Source of the DNA: Eledone cirrhosa
Lineage: Eukaryota
Assembly (NCBI GenBank): GCA_964016885.1
Contig: OZ024749.1
Coordinates: forward strand, 54,498,001 to 54,562,000
Direction: 5' to 3'
DNA: 64,000 bases
This document shows positions 1 to 64,000 of the stretch, one piece after another; positions within the stretch are counted from its first letter, which is position 1; the number at the start of each line of letters is the position of its first letter. The notes below the pieces were generated by a model, which did no database searches, was not told where the DNA came from, and saw only the letters and a program-made list of their open reading frames with translations. The position numbers and the translations under genes are program-made.

Positions 1-136
1 ATATATATAATAACAAAATAAGATGCTGAGGTTACATATATCGTTTAATCATTATAATTATTTCCACGGTTCTCCATGCAATCGAGATGTCCTTCATGCA
101 TTTGCTGTTGTTATGGGAACGGTATCCTCACACACA

Positions 137-236
137 CAAGGTGTCCCCAAAAATGTATACATACTTTGATTACCTGTACAGGCAATATTTATTAGAATGC
201 TATTGAAGTGTGTATGCATTTTTTTTAGACACCGTG
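137..236. mobile_element. Tc1/mariner-type MITE (degenerate)
   Basis: ~32-bp imperfect TIRs (caaggtgtccccaaaaatgtatacatactt / aagtgtgtatgcattttttttagacaccgtg) next to TA. Confidence 0.55.
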
Positions 237-287
237 TATATGTAACTGGTATGGTGCTATCTTAAAGATAATACCTCTTTTCTTCAG

Positions 288-35586
<35,299 letters not shown>

Positions 35587-35677
35587 TTGAACAAAGCAAC
35601 AGAACTTTCAATATATATATATTATATATCATTACACTACAAAAATCATAGAAAAAAATTTCTTTTTCAATTTTGAA

Positions 35678-35740
35678 TGTAACACTATATATATATATAT
35701 ACACCTGTAACACTATATATATATATACATACACCTGTAA

Positions 35741-35776
<36 letters not shown>

Positions 35777-36001
35777 CTGTAACACTATATATATATATAT
35801 ACACCTGTAACACTATATATATATATATATATATACACCTGTAACACTATATATATATATATATATATATATACACCTGTCACAATATATATATATATAT
35901 ATACACCTGTAACAATATATATATATATATATATATACACCTGTAACACTATATATATACACCTGTAACACTATATATATATACACACACACACACACCT
36001 G
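35678..36001. repeat. acacctgtaacact-(AT)n compound repeat in the presumed filamin 3' UTR
   Basis: ~9 copies of a fixed core separated by variable (AT)n. Confidence 0.9.
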
Positions 36002-38600
36002 TTCGTATTTATCGTTGTTGTTGCTATATACTATGACCACATCCACTCGGTTGATTTATTCATGGTGTCACACTTATATAACTTTGAGTTAAATCTGGAT
36101 AAAAGAATTTATTAACTTTTCGCACCATTCAATGTCTTGTGACACCGCCTCAAGGTATCTGCCCTACTGCAGCTACAACTTTGATTTATACTTTATATAT
36201 TGAAATCACATATAAGAATATTAATACTCAATATATGATATACTACTAATACAATTTATACATAATAAAAATTAACTAAACAGAATTTTGATAATATAAT
36301 TTCCCTCCACTTTTTTTTTCTACAAACCATTATTATTGTTATTAAAAATTATTTTTTAATATTAAAAGAAATTATCATCATCAATTAAGAATGCAGTGGG
36401 GCCGGCAGAATCGGCAGAGTGTCGGAAAAAATGCTTTGTGGCATTTGGTTATGGCTCTTTATGTTTTGATTTCAAATCCCACTCAGGTCAACTTTGCCTT
36501 TCATCCTTCTTGAGTCAAAGTACCAGTTAACTACTGGGGTTGAAGTGGCCAATAAAATGAGGTCCAGCCATGTAGTGGAGGCATGTGGCCTTGGACTTGT
36601 GATCATAATGCTCTGGGTTCAATTCCTTGACTGAGTTATGTTGTGTTCTTGTGCAGAACACTTTATTTCACGTTGCTCCAGTATACTCAGCTGAAAGGGA
36701 GTTACCAACAGTAATAGCTAGAGGTTTAAAGCTACAATAGACTGGTATCCTATCCAGGGGGAAGTCTTGTACTGTCACTTCACACTATGTAAACTGAGAT
36801 AAGCACCAGTCTGATGAACCCCCTCCAGACACACTTTAGACTTAGACATGTAAAGAGGATTTCTAATTCAATCCTTAGAAATTTGTGGCCTTGAACCTAT
36901 GTAAGACATTGTTCCTGTTATTTATACTACCTAAGGTGATTGAGAAGGTAGAGCGCCTAACCCGTTTGAATGTATTGCAAATATTTAGCTTTTAATTTTA
37001 ATGTCTTGGTGCCAAGTTCAAAACCTGCTGAGTTCCAACATTCTTTTTTTTCCATTCTCTAAGAAACCTATAATATATTACTTTAACTCTTAACCTCCTG
37101 TAGTACATTAAACTACATTAACAAGACATTCTTGAAAAGTAGAATTCATCACATTAAATATTAAAGTCTTTATTTTAATTTAATGCACATTTTCACAACA
37201 ATCTGTCCACTAGTAAAGATACTGTAAACATTTGAATTAACAAACCTGTTTCTAGATATTTTCTGTTAAATTAATACAGGATGGTAAGAGTTTATACTCC
37301 CACCGATGTCATCACCAACTTTCAGCCTTCCAGGGAGAATTTTAAGGTCAAATTGAAACCCAATCAGTGAACTTGATAGCAGGGGGGTTAATTGATTATA
37401 GTCATCTCCACCTCCCTTAAAGTTTGTGGCATTGTATCTATGCTGGAAATCATTATCATCACAAAAAACAAATGGACAGCAGAAAGTATTAAGTTACATC
37501 CCTTCCCCTGTGGTAGGGAAACAATGAAACAATTTACCAGATTTAGTGCTGGGGTTAGTCAATTCTTCTTCAATTCAAGTCTATGACCTTAGTGACAATA
37601 TCAGACATATATGCTGATCTAACAGGCCTACAGTATGGCCAGAGACATTCCAGTCACGACCATCTCTTTGTATTTTGGTTTTGTTTTCAGGCTTGTCCTT
37701 CCTTTGAAACAATAAGGTATGAGAGAGATTTGGCTTCTATTTCTAGTAGGTCAAATAACCACATATGAGCTCCATCCTTGTGTTAAGTTTTGAATGGTGA
37801 GAAGGGGTCTTATAATGACATATCACCTGCTTCACTGCATTCCATTATTAGGGGTGGGGACCAATGCGATCAATAATTTTTTCCCCTTCAACATTTTTTT
37901 TTTCCTTCAATAATTATAAATAAATAATTATTATTATTTTGATAAATTTATAAATTAAAACCTATGATGTATTTTATATGAAATACATATTGTTAAAATA
38001 AAAATGAAATACAAAACAAAATATACTTGTTTTTAATGTATTATACTGTAGTTGTTATGGTTTGATTTTTTAAATATTGAAATGAAAATTATGTATATAT
38101 ATATATGTGTGTGAGTGTATGTATATATATGTGTGTGTGAGTGTATGTATGTATATATATGTGTGTGTGAGTGTATGTATATATATGTGTGTGTGTGAGT
38201 ATGTATGTATATATATGTGTGTGAGTGTATGTATATATGTATGTTTATGTTTGTGTGTTTGTTTATACCTTTTAACTTAGCAGCTCTACAAAACAAGATA
38301 TCAATAAAACAAGTACTAGACATGAAAGAAATAAGTACTGTGGTCGATATGATCGACTAAATCCCTTTTATGGTGGTGCTCCAGCATGACCACAGTCCAA
38401 TGACCAAAACCAAAAATAAGAAGTTTAAAAAAAAGAAGTGTAAAAGAGTAATGTAAAAAGCAAAATCGTTTATTAAGCAAGAGTAAAGAAAGAAAGAATA
38501 TGAGTGAAAGACAACTGTTTTATAAATTACGTGAAAACAAACTTCATTTCAATATTAGAGGAGAAAAAGTTGTTTTTGTTAAAAAACTCAAAACAAGATA

Positions 38601-38719
38601 ATATATGGCCATATCACACTGAAAACACTGGTTCTCATCTGATTACTGAAGTTAAGCAGTGTTGAGCCTAGTTAGTACTTACATGGGTGACCACTTGGGA
38701 ATCCTAGGTGCTGTAAGTA
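38601..38719 (+). pseudogene. 5S rRNA-derived sequence (degenerate); head of a putative SINE3 extending to ~38783
   Basis: ~119 nt collinear with 5S rRNA: GGCCATA.CAC..TGAAAACAC.GGTTCTC.TC.GAT.AC.GAAGTTAAGCA...GTTAGTACTT..ATGGGTGACC.C.TGGGAAT.C..GGTGCTGTA; many CpG>TpG/CpA changes; no oligo-T terminator. Confidence 0.85.
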
Positions 38720-40226
38720 TCCCGTTACAGTGGCAGTGCCCCAGCATGGCCTTAACCAGTCGACTAGAACAGGTAAAAGAGTACTTTTAACACTTTTGTG
38801 ACTATATTTTTATAGAAATACACTATTTCTGTTAATTAATGAAAACTTTTAAGGGAATTACTAAGATATTAACTTTACATATGGTTAGTTCTCATAAAAT
38901 TATATTCATATTGCTGGCATTACCTCCAGTGTATGGAAATCACAGCTATGTTATTATTGCTATTATTATATTACTACTAGTGGATTGGCAGTATTGGTAG
39001 AGGGTCAGACGCCATGCTTTCCAGCATAGAGTTACGGCCCTTGCTATTCTGAATTTAAATCCTGCCGAGGTTAACTTTGCCTTTCATCCTTACGGGGTCA
39101 ATAAAATAAAGTACCAGTAATGCACTGGGTAATTGCTGGCCTTGTGCCAAAAGTAGAAACAATTATATATCTACTATTATTATTATTACTGATGCTGTTA
39201 GATTATAAAATAGTTTTGTTTCTCTTGTGTGATAATTTTAGTCAACATTTTCATACCTCCTCTGTGAGATATTATCTAAATCAAGAAGTTTTCTCACGTA
39301 ATCAACAAATCAATTGTTTCATTCGTGTTGTTTCGTATTTTCGAGATTATTAAAACATCATTTACGAGAAGGATTGCGACAAAATAATCCTTAGAAAATA
39401 AAAACCCACTCTTTCGTGAAAAAAATAAAATAAAATAAAATAAAATAAAATAAATTTGTTTACAATTCCTAAGCTCATGCTGTTGCCCATAAAAAACAAC
39501 ACACCTAGTCAACCCCATTTTGTTTTTAATAGTGGTTTTTAATTGAGACAAAAGGCCAACAATTTGAAGGGAATGGGAAAGTTGTGTATTACTGGTACTT
39601 TATTTTATCAAGACTGTAAGGAAGAAAGGCAAAGCTTACCTTGGCAGGATTTGAAACTAGAACGCAAAGGGCCGTAACTATATGCTGTGAAGCATGTTGT
39701 GCGATGCTCTACCGATTCTATCAATTCACCGCCCTTGTTTTTAATAAAGTCACTCGATAACAGACAGTATATCTAACTATACAACCCTGCCTCTCCCTAA
39801 TTAATCTCTTTGAAATTTTCTTATATTTCTTTTGTTGATAAAGACAACAGTTTTAAACATAATACTATCACTTAACATAGTAACATTATTATTATTATTA
39901 GTAACATTATTATAATATCGGCCCTCGTGGCCAATAAATGAAACCATTATTATTATGCTGTATTTGTTGTTTTTTGTTTTTGATTTCCATGTTTGCAACA
40001 TTGTGGAAATTGTCTCATCAACTTCTACAAAGAAATTGGTGTGTATGTGTGTGTACATATATATATAATACACATAGCAAATGTGCTTTGATAATGTCTA
40101 AGACCCCCCCCAAAAAATAGAGAGGTAGACCCACAAACTGCATGAAATAGGAAAATATATTAGTTAAAGATCTAAACCCATCCCACCCTATCCTAATAGT
40201 CCATCCTGGAAGCAATGTATTTTTTC

Positions 40227-56147
<15,921 letters not shown>

Positions 56148-59100
56148 CTGAAAGATAGTGAAATAATGAATGTATGACTTTTAAAAAATAAGTTTAACCC
56201 TTTAGATTACAAACCCTCTAAAACTGAGCCTCATTAATTCAACTCCCACCTCAGTACTTGACAAGAAGGAATTAGCTTGGACAAATTATATAAAGAGATG
56301 TACCATATTTTTCAGATGTACTTGTGTATAAGAGTCACTTCTATTTTGAAGAAAAGGAAATTAGAGAGAAAAAAAAAAATTTTTTTTTTTTTTTCATTTA
56401 GTGTGTAGGATGCAGACAAATCTTGACATCAAATTTTTTGGTAAAAAAAAGTGTATTTTATACACAACAAATTCAGTAACTAAATACTGCAGCCACACCA
56501 CCACCACGACTCCCCTGGATACCATTTCCTTGATTACATTTTAATTGAAATAGTAATTTCTCACAGACATTTACATAGAAACACAAACAGATTAGTAAGC
56601 ACATTGTGTGTAAAGTTGATTGAATGAAACTAATTAACTGTTAGCTTGATTTAGTGTAACTGGTAACACATCTATCCAGCATACATCAAGTGTGAGTTCA
56701 AGTCTCAGAGGCGACACTGTCCACTTTTATAGGAGATTGAATTGTCGGAATTGGCAGAACATCAGACAAAATACTTTGCTATATTTAGTTATGTTGTGAG
56801 TTCAAATCCCACCAATCTCAACTTAGCCTTTCATCCTTCTGAGGTCAAAATAAAGTACTAGTCAAGCACAGGGGTCGATATATTTGACTTCCTTTTCCTC
56901 ACCAAATATGCTGGCAACATATAGTTACATCCTTTTACATTCTGAGTTCAAACTCTGCCAAGGTTAACTTTGCCTTTCATCCTCATGGGGTTGATAAAAT
57001 AAAGTACCAGTAATGCATTGGTGTCAATTTTATCGACATCTCTTCCCCCGAAAAATTGTTGACCTTGTGCCTAAACCAGAAACCATTATTCTATAGAACC
57101 CCAGGACAAAAACCAAAAATCAACAGTGGAAACACTTTTATTTATATTTAATGAAAAATATCCGGAAATATTAAATATAAGTCAGCCATAATCTCTATAT
57201 ATTTATATAATTACTATATATTTATATAATTACTCGTTTTAGAAATTTGATTCAATTTCTTTCTTAATTTTGTTATTAGTAGAAACAATTATTTGAAAAG
57301 AAAAATAAAACCTGTTGGTTACACTCAGTTTGGTATCAAGGAACAATATATATAGTATATAAATATAAACTAGTACAAGGTCTCTTTATAGAGTGTGACA
57401 ACCAAACAGCTGGAGTTCTTTAACATGCTGTAGTCCTGGGACATTAACACTCTACACTACTACTGGTGATGGCCATAAAAAATATATGCTTCCATACATA
57501 TATATATATATACTTATACACACACACATTATATATATATATATACACACTCACATAATATATATATATATAGAATAAGAAGCGAAAGGAGCTGTGTGGC
57601 TTCTAAAAACAACACACACATACATTATATATATATATATACACACATACATATCTACTTATACACACACATACATTATATATATATATAATTTATGTTA
57701 GGCTGTTTACCAATGGGTAGAACCGCTGGTTTGGGCTAGTAAACATACAAATATGTTTCCTGATGCCAGTGGTTGCCACCCAATTTACATCAGGATCATA
57801 TATATATATATATGTATATGTGTCTGTACATGGATATATGTATGTACATATGATGATGGCTGCCCCCTCGTTATCGAGTATGGCCATTGCACGATATACC
57901 ATTATTAATAATTATTAATTAATTCTATCGTGCAATGCCTGTGCGTAAAGATATTTTTTAAAGTGAGGAAAGACTGTGCACTGAGCCAATCCCACTCTCT
58001 GAGAGACAGTAGCTATAACCCGAAAAGAAGAAAAGATCAACATCATCGGTAACTACTGCGCTGTAGGTTTTATATCGGAGTTATCCCAGTTTGCTGAGTT
58101 ACCTTCTCCTAGAAGAATGCCCTGACAAAGGCTAGGGGTCCTTCACTCCCAGTGGTTTAACCGCGCGGTACATGTGTATATATATATTTACACACTTTCG
58201 GATGGCTGTTGACTCTTATGAGTTCTTCTGCTCATATAAACATGTATGTACATACATATATATATATACTTACCTACATATACATACATACACACACATA
58301 AATGCATATATACACATGCATATAAGTATGGTTTCAAAAACAAGGCAAGGGAAGACATATGTGTGTGTATGTATATGTGTGTGTATGTGTGTATTACTGA
58401 AAATATGTATTAAGTACATTGCGTGTGTGTGTGATTGAAATTCAAGAACTCCAGATGAGTAAAAATGAGAATAACAAGCTCTTTACCCTCTCTTCTTTTA
58501 ATAAGGGGAGGGCTTAGAATAGAAAAGGCAAGAAGATAGAAACACACACACACACGTGGGTTAAATAGTCTCACCAACCTGCAACTGGCCAAATGTGGTG
58601 AGTAAGGCTAACACATACACACATGTACTTCCCTGACATTTGTGTATTATTCTATGTACTATATTGACGAGTTGTGGTGCACCTGAGCACTTTACACAAT
58701 AATTTCATTATTATTATAATCCTGACATGACCAAAACTAAACAGAAAGTGGTAGAGGTCAAACAGGGATGGATTCCTCCATCAGGAGTGGGAATGCCCTG
58801 ACAAAGGCTAGGGGTCCTTCACTCCCAGTGGTTTAACCGCGCGGTACATGTGTATATATATATATATATATCATCATCATCATTTTACGTCCACTTTTCC
58901 CTGCTTGCAAGGGTGGGACGGGAACTGATTCTGGGTTGATTTCTACAGCTGGATGCCCTTCCTGGGGTCCCTATCATTCCACTGTAAAGTGGTCGTGGAG
59001 GTGCCACGGCAAAAAAGCACCCAGCACTCACTGTAAATGAGGTTTGTGTTAGGAAGGGCATCCAGCTGTAGAAATCAAGCCAGAATTTCTACAGCTGAGT

Positions 59101-59222
59101 AAACTGGACCAATGTGAAATAAAGTGTCTTGCTCAAGGAAACAACACATCACCCGGTCTGAGAATTGAACTCACAGCCTTTCAATTGCAAGGCCAATGTT
59201 CTAACCACTAAACCATGTGCCT

Positions 59223-59284
<62 letters not shown>

Positions 59285-59383
59285 TAAGGACAAAATGAAA
59301 ACACACACACACACAGAACAAACAACCAACCAGTAACATGTAAATAAACAAATAAATAAATGAACATAAACACACACAGACAC

Positions 59384-59446
59384 CCGGATGTGGCGCATGC
59401 GCAGACTGAGCACACAACACACACACACAGAAACAAAATGGCGTAG
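59384..59446 (+). promoter_or_regulatory. Promoter-like cluster of ETS, NRF1 and YY1 motifs
   Basis: CCGGATGT 59384-59391, GCGCATGCGCA 59393-59403, CAAAATGGCG 59434-59443. Confidence 0.5.
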
Positions 59447-62400
59447 GACAGAACAAAGGAGAGGCACAGAAACAAAGAAAGGAATTCCCAGTCACTGAAG
59501 AGGTCACAGAGTGTGTGACGAAAGAACTATGACAATATATAAACAACTATCTGGTTGTGGAACCAACCAACCAACCAGAAATTTATAAATTTATAAATTT
59601 ATTATAAATTTATTATAATAAATTGAAGTGAAAGCAACTGTGCGTGTGTTTCTTATTGGCAACATGACCCTCCCAAAGTATAACAATATCGGTTTCAACA
59701 CACGATTTCAGATAAAGAATCTTGCTAAACAAATTCAGAAACGAAATATATATATATATAAGGAAAAGGAATTGAAAATGCAACAGGAGTCTTTTAAGAA
59801 TATTTATTTATTTACTTTAGCAGTTTCACAGTTCTTAAGCTTTTCAAAAGTAAAATTGAGATGGAGGGTTTGTGTTTCAGTTGTGGTTTGTCTCGCATAT
59901 ATACATATAAAGTACATGGCAAACTAGTGTATACCTTCCTAGGTACTCCAAGTTTGTGGTGCTGTAATAACTAAAGAAAGAGGCCTCAATATGTAAACAC
60001 AGAGGTAAATATACTTTATTATACAAAATATATATATATAAAGGCAGAGGATATGTGAATAGATGGATGTGTTTGTATAGGCATGGCTATGTAGTGAAAG
60101 AGCTCACTTTGGAACTACATGATATTGGATCAGCTGTACTGTGTGGCACCTTGAGCAAGTTTCTCCTACTCTCATCTCAGGTGTTTCTTCTCATGAAATT
60201 ATTCAATTTCGACAAATCAAAGAGAAGTTACTAAATCCAGATTTAAGATATAATAGAATATATTTTGTAGTTTCTTTCAACCATGTTTCATTTCTTAACC
60301 TACTTATGCTGATGCCACCTCCATAAATCAAACTTAAGGGTCAGTCTACCCCATGGTCCCAACTGACAGGATGGTGAAGACATTGCCCTGGAGGATGGCC
60401 AGGGAGATGTGCTGGAACAGCCACTCTACCTCACAGGGATTGCACTTGTGGGTAGCCAACTTAGGTATGTGGTCCAGGTGGGCCAAGAATGCCCCCCCCC
60501 CCCCCCGGAAGTCTCTACAGATTCACCTACAAACCTGGCAGATGCCCCCTGAGTGTAATGAGGTAGCCGAAAACTGTGCTGGGGCCTCCCCCCTCCCTCC
60601 CCCTGTATCTATAGATAGGTAGAGAGAGAGATAAACAGATAGATGTGTAAGTGTGTTTGTATAATACATAAATCTACACTCCTATACAGCTTAGACAAAG
60701 AAATTTCTGGTGATTAGTGCAGAGCCTGCTCCTGCTGATGATATACAACCCCACCACCACCACCCCAACCCCTAAAGCAAGACCCTTCTCCCTTCTCCAC
60801 ACCAACATCCCCTCTTAAAGAGCCCAAGTTAAAAAAAAAATCCTTCACTGTGGAGAGAATAGGAGGGGAGGGGTTAAAGTAATATAACTAAAATAAAACC
60901 TAAAATAAAACCTAAAATAAAACCTAAAATAAAACCTAAAATAAAAGCTAGTGCCATCAACTGTTGTGGGCTGAAGCAGGATTTACCAAATTCTTTAACC
61001 CAGACCCTTCCCCTCCTTCCTTGCTTCACTTTAACTGATGGATAGATGAAAGACAATAAAAAAGGAAAGAAGGAATGAAAAGAGCTGAATGAGGGAGGGG
61101 GAGAGTGACATGTGGAGAGATAGAGAAAGAGAGAGATAGAGATAGACAGGGGGAGAGAGAGAGAGAGAGACAGAGAGAAGCAGGAAGGATAAAAATGTGA
61201 GTATGTGTATCTGTGTGTGTGTGCCTGCATGTATGTATGTGTGTGAGTGAGTATGTGTATGTGTGTAAGTAGGGAGGGGGAGAGCACTTCACCATATTCT
61301 CTCCCACAACAACTGATTAAGAAGAATCTAGTCAGCCTGGCTGAGATGAAGACAAAAAAGGAAGAAAAGAGCCTTAGATATTTTTATAATCTGAGGAGGG
61401 AAATATTGGTGAATTACATACAACTGCGCGGACACTTCCATAGATGGCACTACTGTAAAGACACTGATTAAAGGTAAATACACATAATATATATATATCA
61501 TATTTGATATAGAAATGGCTTCTACAGGACTAGAACTGTTACATTCAAAGGAAATCATCATATATATATGTGAGTGAGTGTGTGTGTGTGTATATACATT
61601 ATAATTACACACATTATATATATAGTGTTACATGTATACGTGTGAGTTTGTTTATGTAATTTTGTATACATCTATGTAGTCAATAACTGGTAAAACAAAA
61701 GTAATATTTACTTTTTATTCATTTATAACTACATACAATATATATATATATGTATACAATATATATATATATATGTATACATATATATATATATATATAT
61801 ACATACACATGCTTACACATACTTATATATAAATACACATGTACGCATACACACAGTTATAAATATGACAGTGCAGTAAGTGATCATAGTATTAATAAAC
61901 TATATAAATAGGGAGGAAAAGCTCACCATAATAGACATATATATCCACACACACACATATGCACATACATATATACATACACACACACTCAAACACATAT
62001 ATATAAATACACATATACATACCAGTATGTAAACAAACATTTGTACATCAATGCACGCACACAGATAACTATATGTACAAGTCTATAAACACGCGTGTGT
62101 GTGTTTATATATATAATATAGTCATCCCTAAGTGGAGGTACACACACACTGGGGGCTTTATGTCATGGCACCAGTACAACTACCTTTCAAGGTGGACTTG
62201 GTGCTTTTTGTCATAATACAGCATATACATATATACAAATCTGAATATATGTACACACAAATATGCATGTATGTACACTCACAACTCACAATATATATAC
62301 TCACACAAATATGCATATAGGTAAAACACATATCACCTTGACCGACCAGTCTGTCGGGCACCAATCGGTGCCGCTGGTCACAGCACGTCGTGCTGTTTTA

Positions 62401-62914
62401 GCCATAAGATAACGCCATCCCACTGGCTGGGCGGGGCAGGCCAGTACTCATTTCTACAGCTGAGTAAACTGGAGCAACGTGAAGTAAAGTGTCTTGCTCA
62501 AGGAAACAACACATAACCCGGTCCGAGAATATATATATATATATATAGTGTGTGTGTACACACATACACTATATATATATCATCATGATTTTGAATGTTT
62601 TCCCTCCTGATGTGGGTTAGCTAAGTCAAGATAGTCTGAACCAAGGAGACAGTTTAGATAAACACCTTCTCTTATACACTCCATACTTTGTAATGGTTAC
62701 TATAGGATTCCCTTACTAAAGCCTGCTACTTTACAGAGTATACTGGGTGCACACCAGCTTGACACCAAACACTATATAGATTGCACCATCTACTGCAGTT
62801 TTAAAGCATCTCTCACCACATGTGCTTTTAGTATTGCAGTGTTTATACTGATGGGCAGGTCTTTCCTAGCATATATACACACGTGTATATATGTGTGTGG
62901 GAGAGAGAAGACAA

Positions 62915-62960
<46 letters not shown>

Positions 62961-63306
62961 GTCTAACCCATGCTAGCGTTGAAGAACGGACGTAAAACGA
63001 TGATGATGATGATATATATATATATATAGTGCCACCCTAGCAAGCAGGGAAAAGCGGACATAAAATGATGATGATGATGATATATATATATATATATATA
63101 TAGCGAGAGAGAGAGAGAGCTTATCTGTGAATCAAGAATGTTATATGTAAAATGGAGGTGTGACTTATCTACCTGTGTTACTGATTTAGAAGTAAATAAT
63201 TAATATATATTTACACACTGGGGTCGATTTAATTACCTTTCCCCTCCAATGCAAGCATGGAACAACAGACGTAAAATAATGATGATATATATATATATAT
63301 ATATAT

Positions 63307-63511
63307 ATAGGAACGAGTAGGACCCCGACGGCTGAGCTCAAGCCGTTTCGACGGCTAATTCTGGACTAAATTTAGTCCAGAATTAGCCGTCGAAACGGCT
63401 TGAGCTCAGCCGTCGGGGTCCTACTCGTTCCTATTACCCACTCTACCACCCTAAGTATTGAGCACTTTGGTGCGTTATGGTCCATCTGGTTCCTTACCAC
63501 ATCTCCTTCGT

Positions 63512-63512
<1 letters not shown>
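63307..63512. mobile_element. Fold-back Penelope-like element remnant: 128-bp perfect palindrome with hammerhead 3' half; family members at 5421-5552 and 6718-6768
   Basis: Palindrome centred at 63370/63371; 63435-63512 matches the reverse complement of 5423-5500; GAAA-CGGCT-TGAGCTC-AGCCG-TC. Confidence 0.6.
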
Positions 63513-63539
<27 letters not shown>

Positions 63540-63542
<3 letters not shown>

Positions 63543-63750
63543 GTGCCAGGAAATGCCAGTTGAAGGAAGACGTGGTAGAGGTAGACCACAAAAAACATGG
63601 GCGGAGGTGATGAGAACAGACCTCAGATCGCTGAAGCTCACGGTGGAGATGATGAAGGACCGTGACAAGTGGAGAGATGATGTGCTGAATAAGACCCGTC
63701 CCACCCTTGCAAGCAGAGAAAAGCGGACGTAAAATGATGATGATGATGAT
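63540..63750 (+). mobile_element. RTE 3' fragment
   Basis: GRRGRGRPQKTWAEVMRTDL; (GAT)n tail. Confidence 0.85.
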
Positions 63751-64000
63751 ATATATATATATACAGGTTTAGTTAGCCTTCTTTCTACGAAGTTGAATCT
63801 CAGGTTTCTCTGGTGTATTTTAATGATAGGGTGATGGCCAGAAATTGAACCCACAACCTTAGGATAGTAAGTCCAACATCCTAACCCACCCCACCTTCAC
63901 TGCTAGAACATTGTCTATTACATATGAAGGCTTCTTGTGGTAGATATAACAAGTATTTTTTAATTAAAAGCCAGGACTGTGAAATTAATGAACTGTGAAG

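Noticed and set aside
38601-38719. Functional 5S rRNA gene
   Set aside because: Pervasive CpG decay, broken terminal helix, no T-run terminator, single dispersed copy
59628-60622. ORFs 59628..59927 and 60353..60622 as the gene driven by the promoter-like cluster
   Set aside because: No recognisable domain and no convincing splice-site framework

Overview
AT-rich, microsatellite-dense eukaryotic genomic DNA. The SINE/RTE repeat landscape suggests a coleoid cephalopod, probably Octopus (inference). Two spliced genes converge tail to tail. On +, the 3' part of a filamin of the jitterbug/FLN-2 type has 16 coding exons (288-35586), every intron phase 1, and a 20.4-kb intron at 8737-29121. On -, the last 9 coding exons of propionyl-CoA carboxylase beta (PCCB) span 56147-40227 (306 aa). 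The introns hold a degenerate RTE LINE with a PHD finger inside its RT, a Tx1/L1-like LINE in a (GACA)n tract, a non-autonomous Helitron, TTAA-flanked and Tc1-like MITEs, two tRNA-SINE families and several minisatellites. The most interesting signals are: (1) a 1.36-kb coding exon hidden in the large filamin intron that splices in frame to the C-terminal Ig repeats; (2) hammerhead-ribozyme motifs inside fold-back palindromes, probably Penelope-like element ends; (3) a 5S-rRNA-headed SINE; (4) an ETS+NRF1+YY1 promoter-like cluster inside a PCCB intron. Most ORFs in the supplied track are microsatellite artefacts. Exon boundaries were read by eye from GT/AG sites and frame continuity. Family names come from motif recognition, not database searches.
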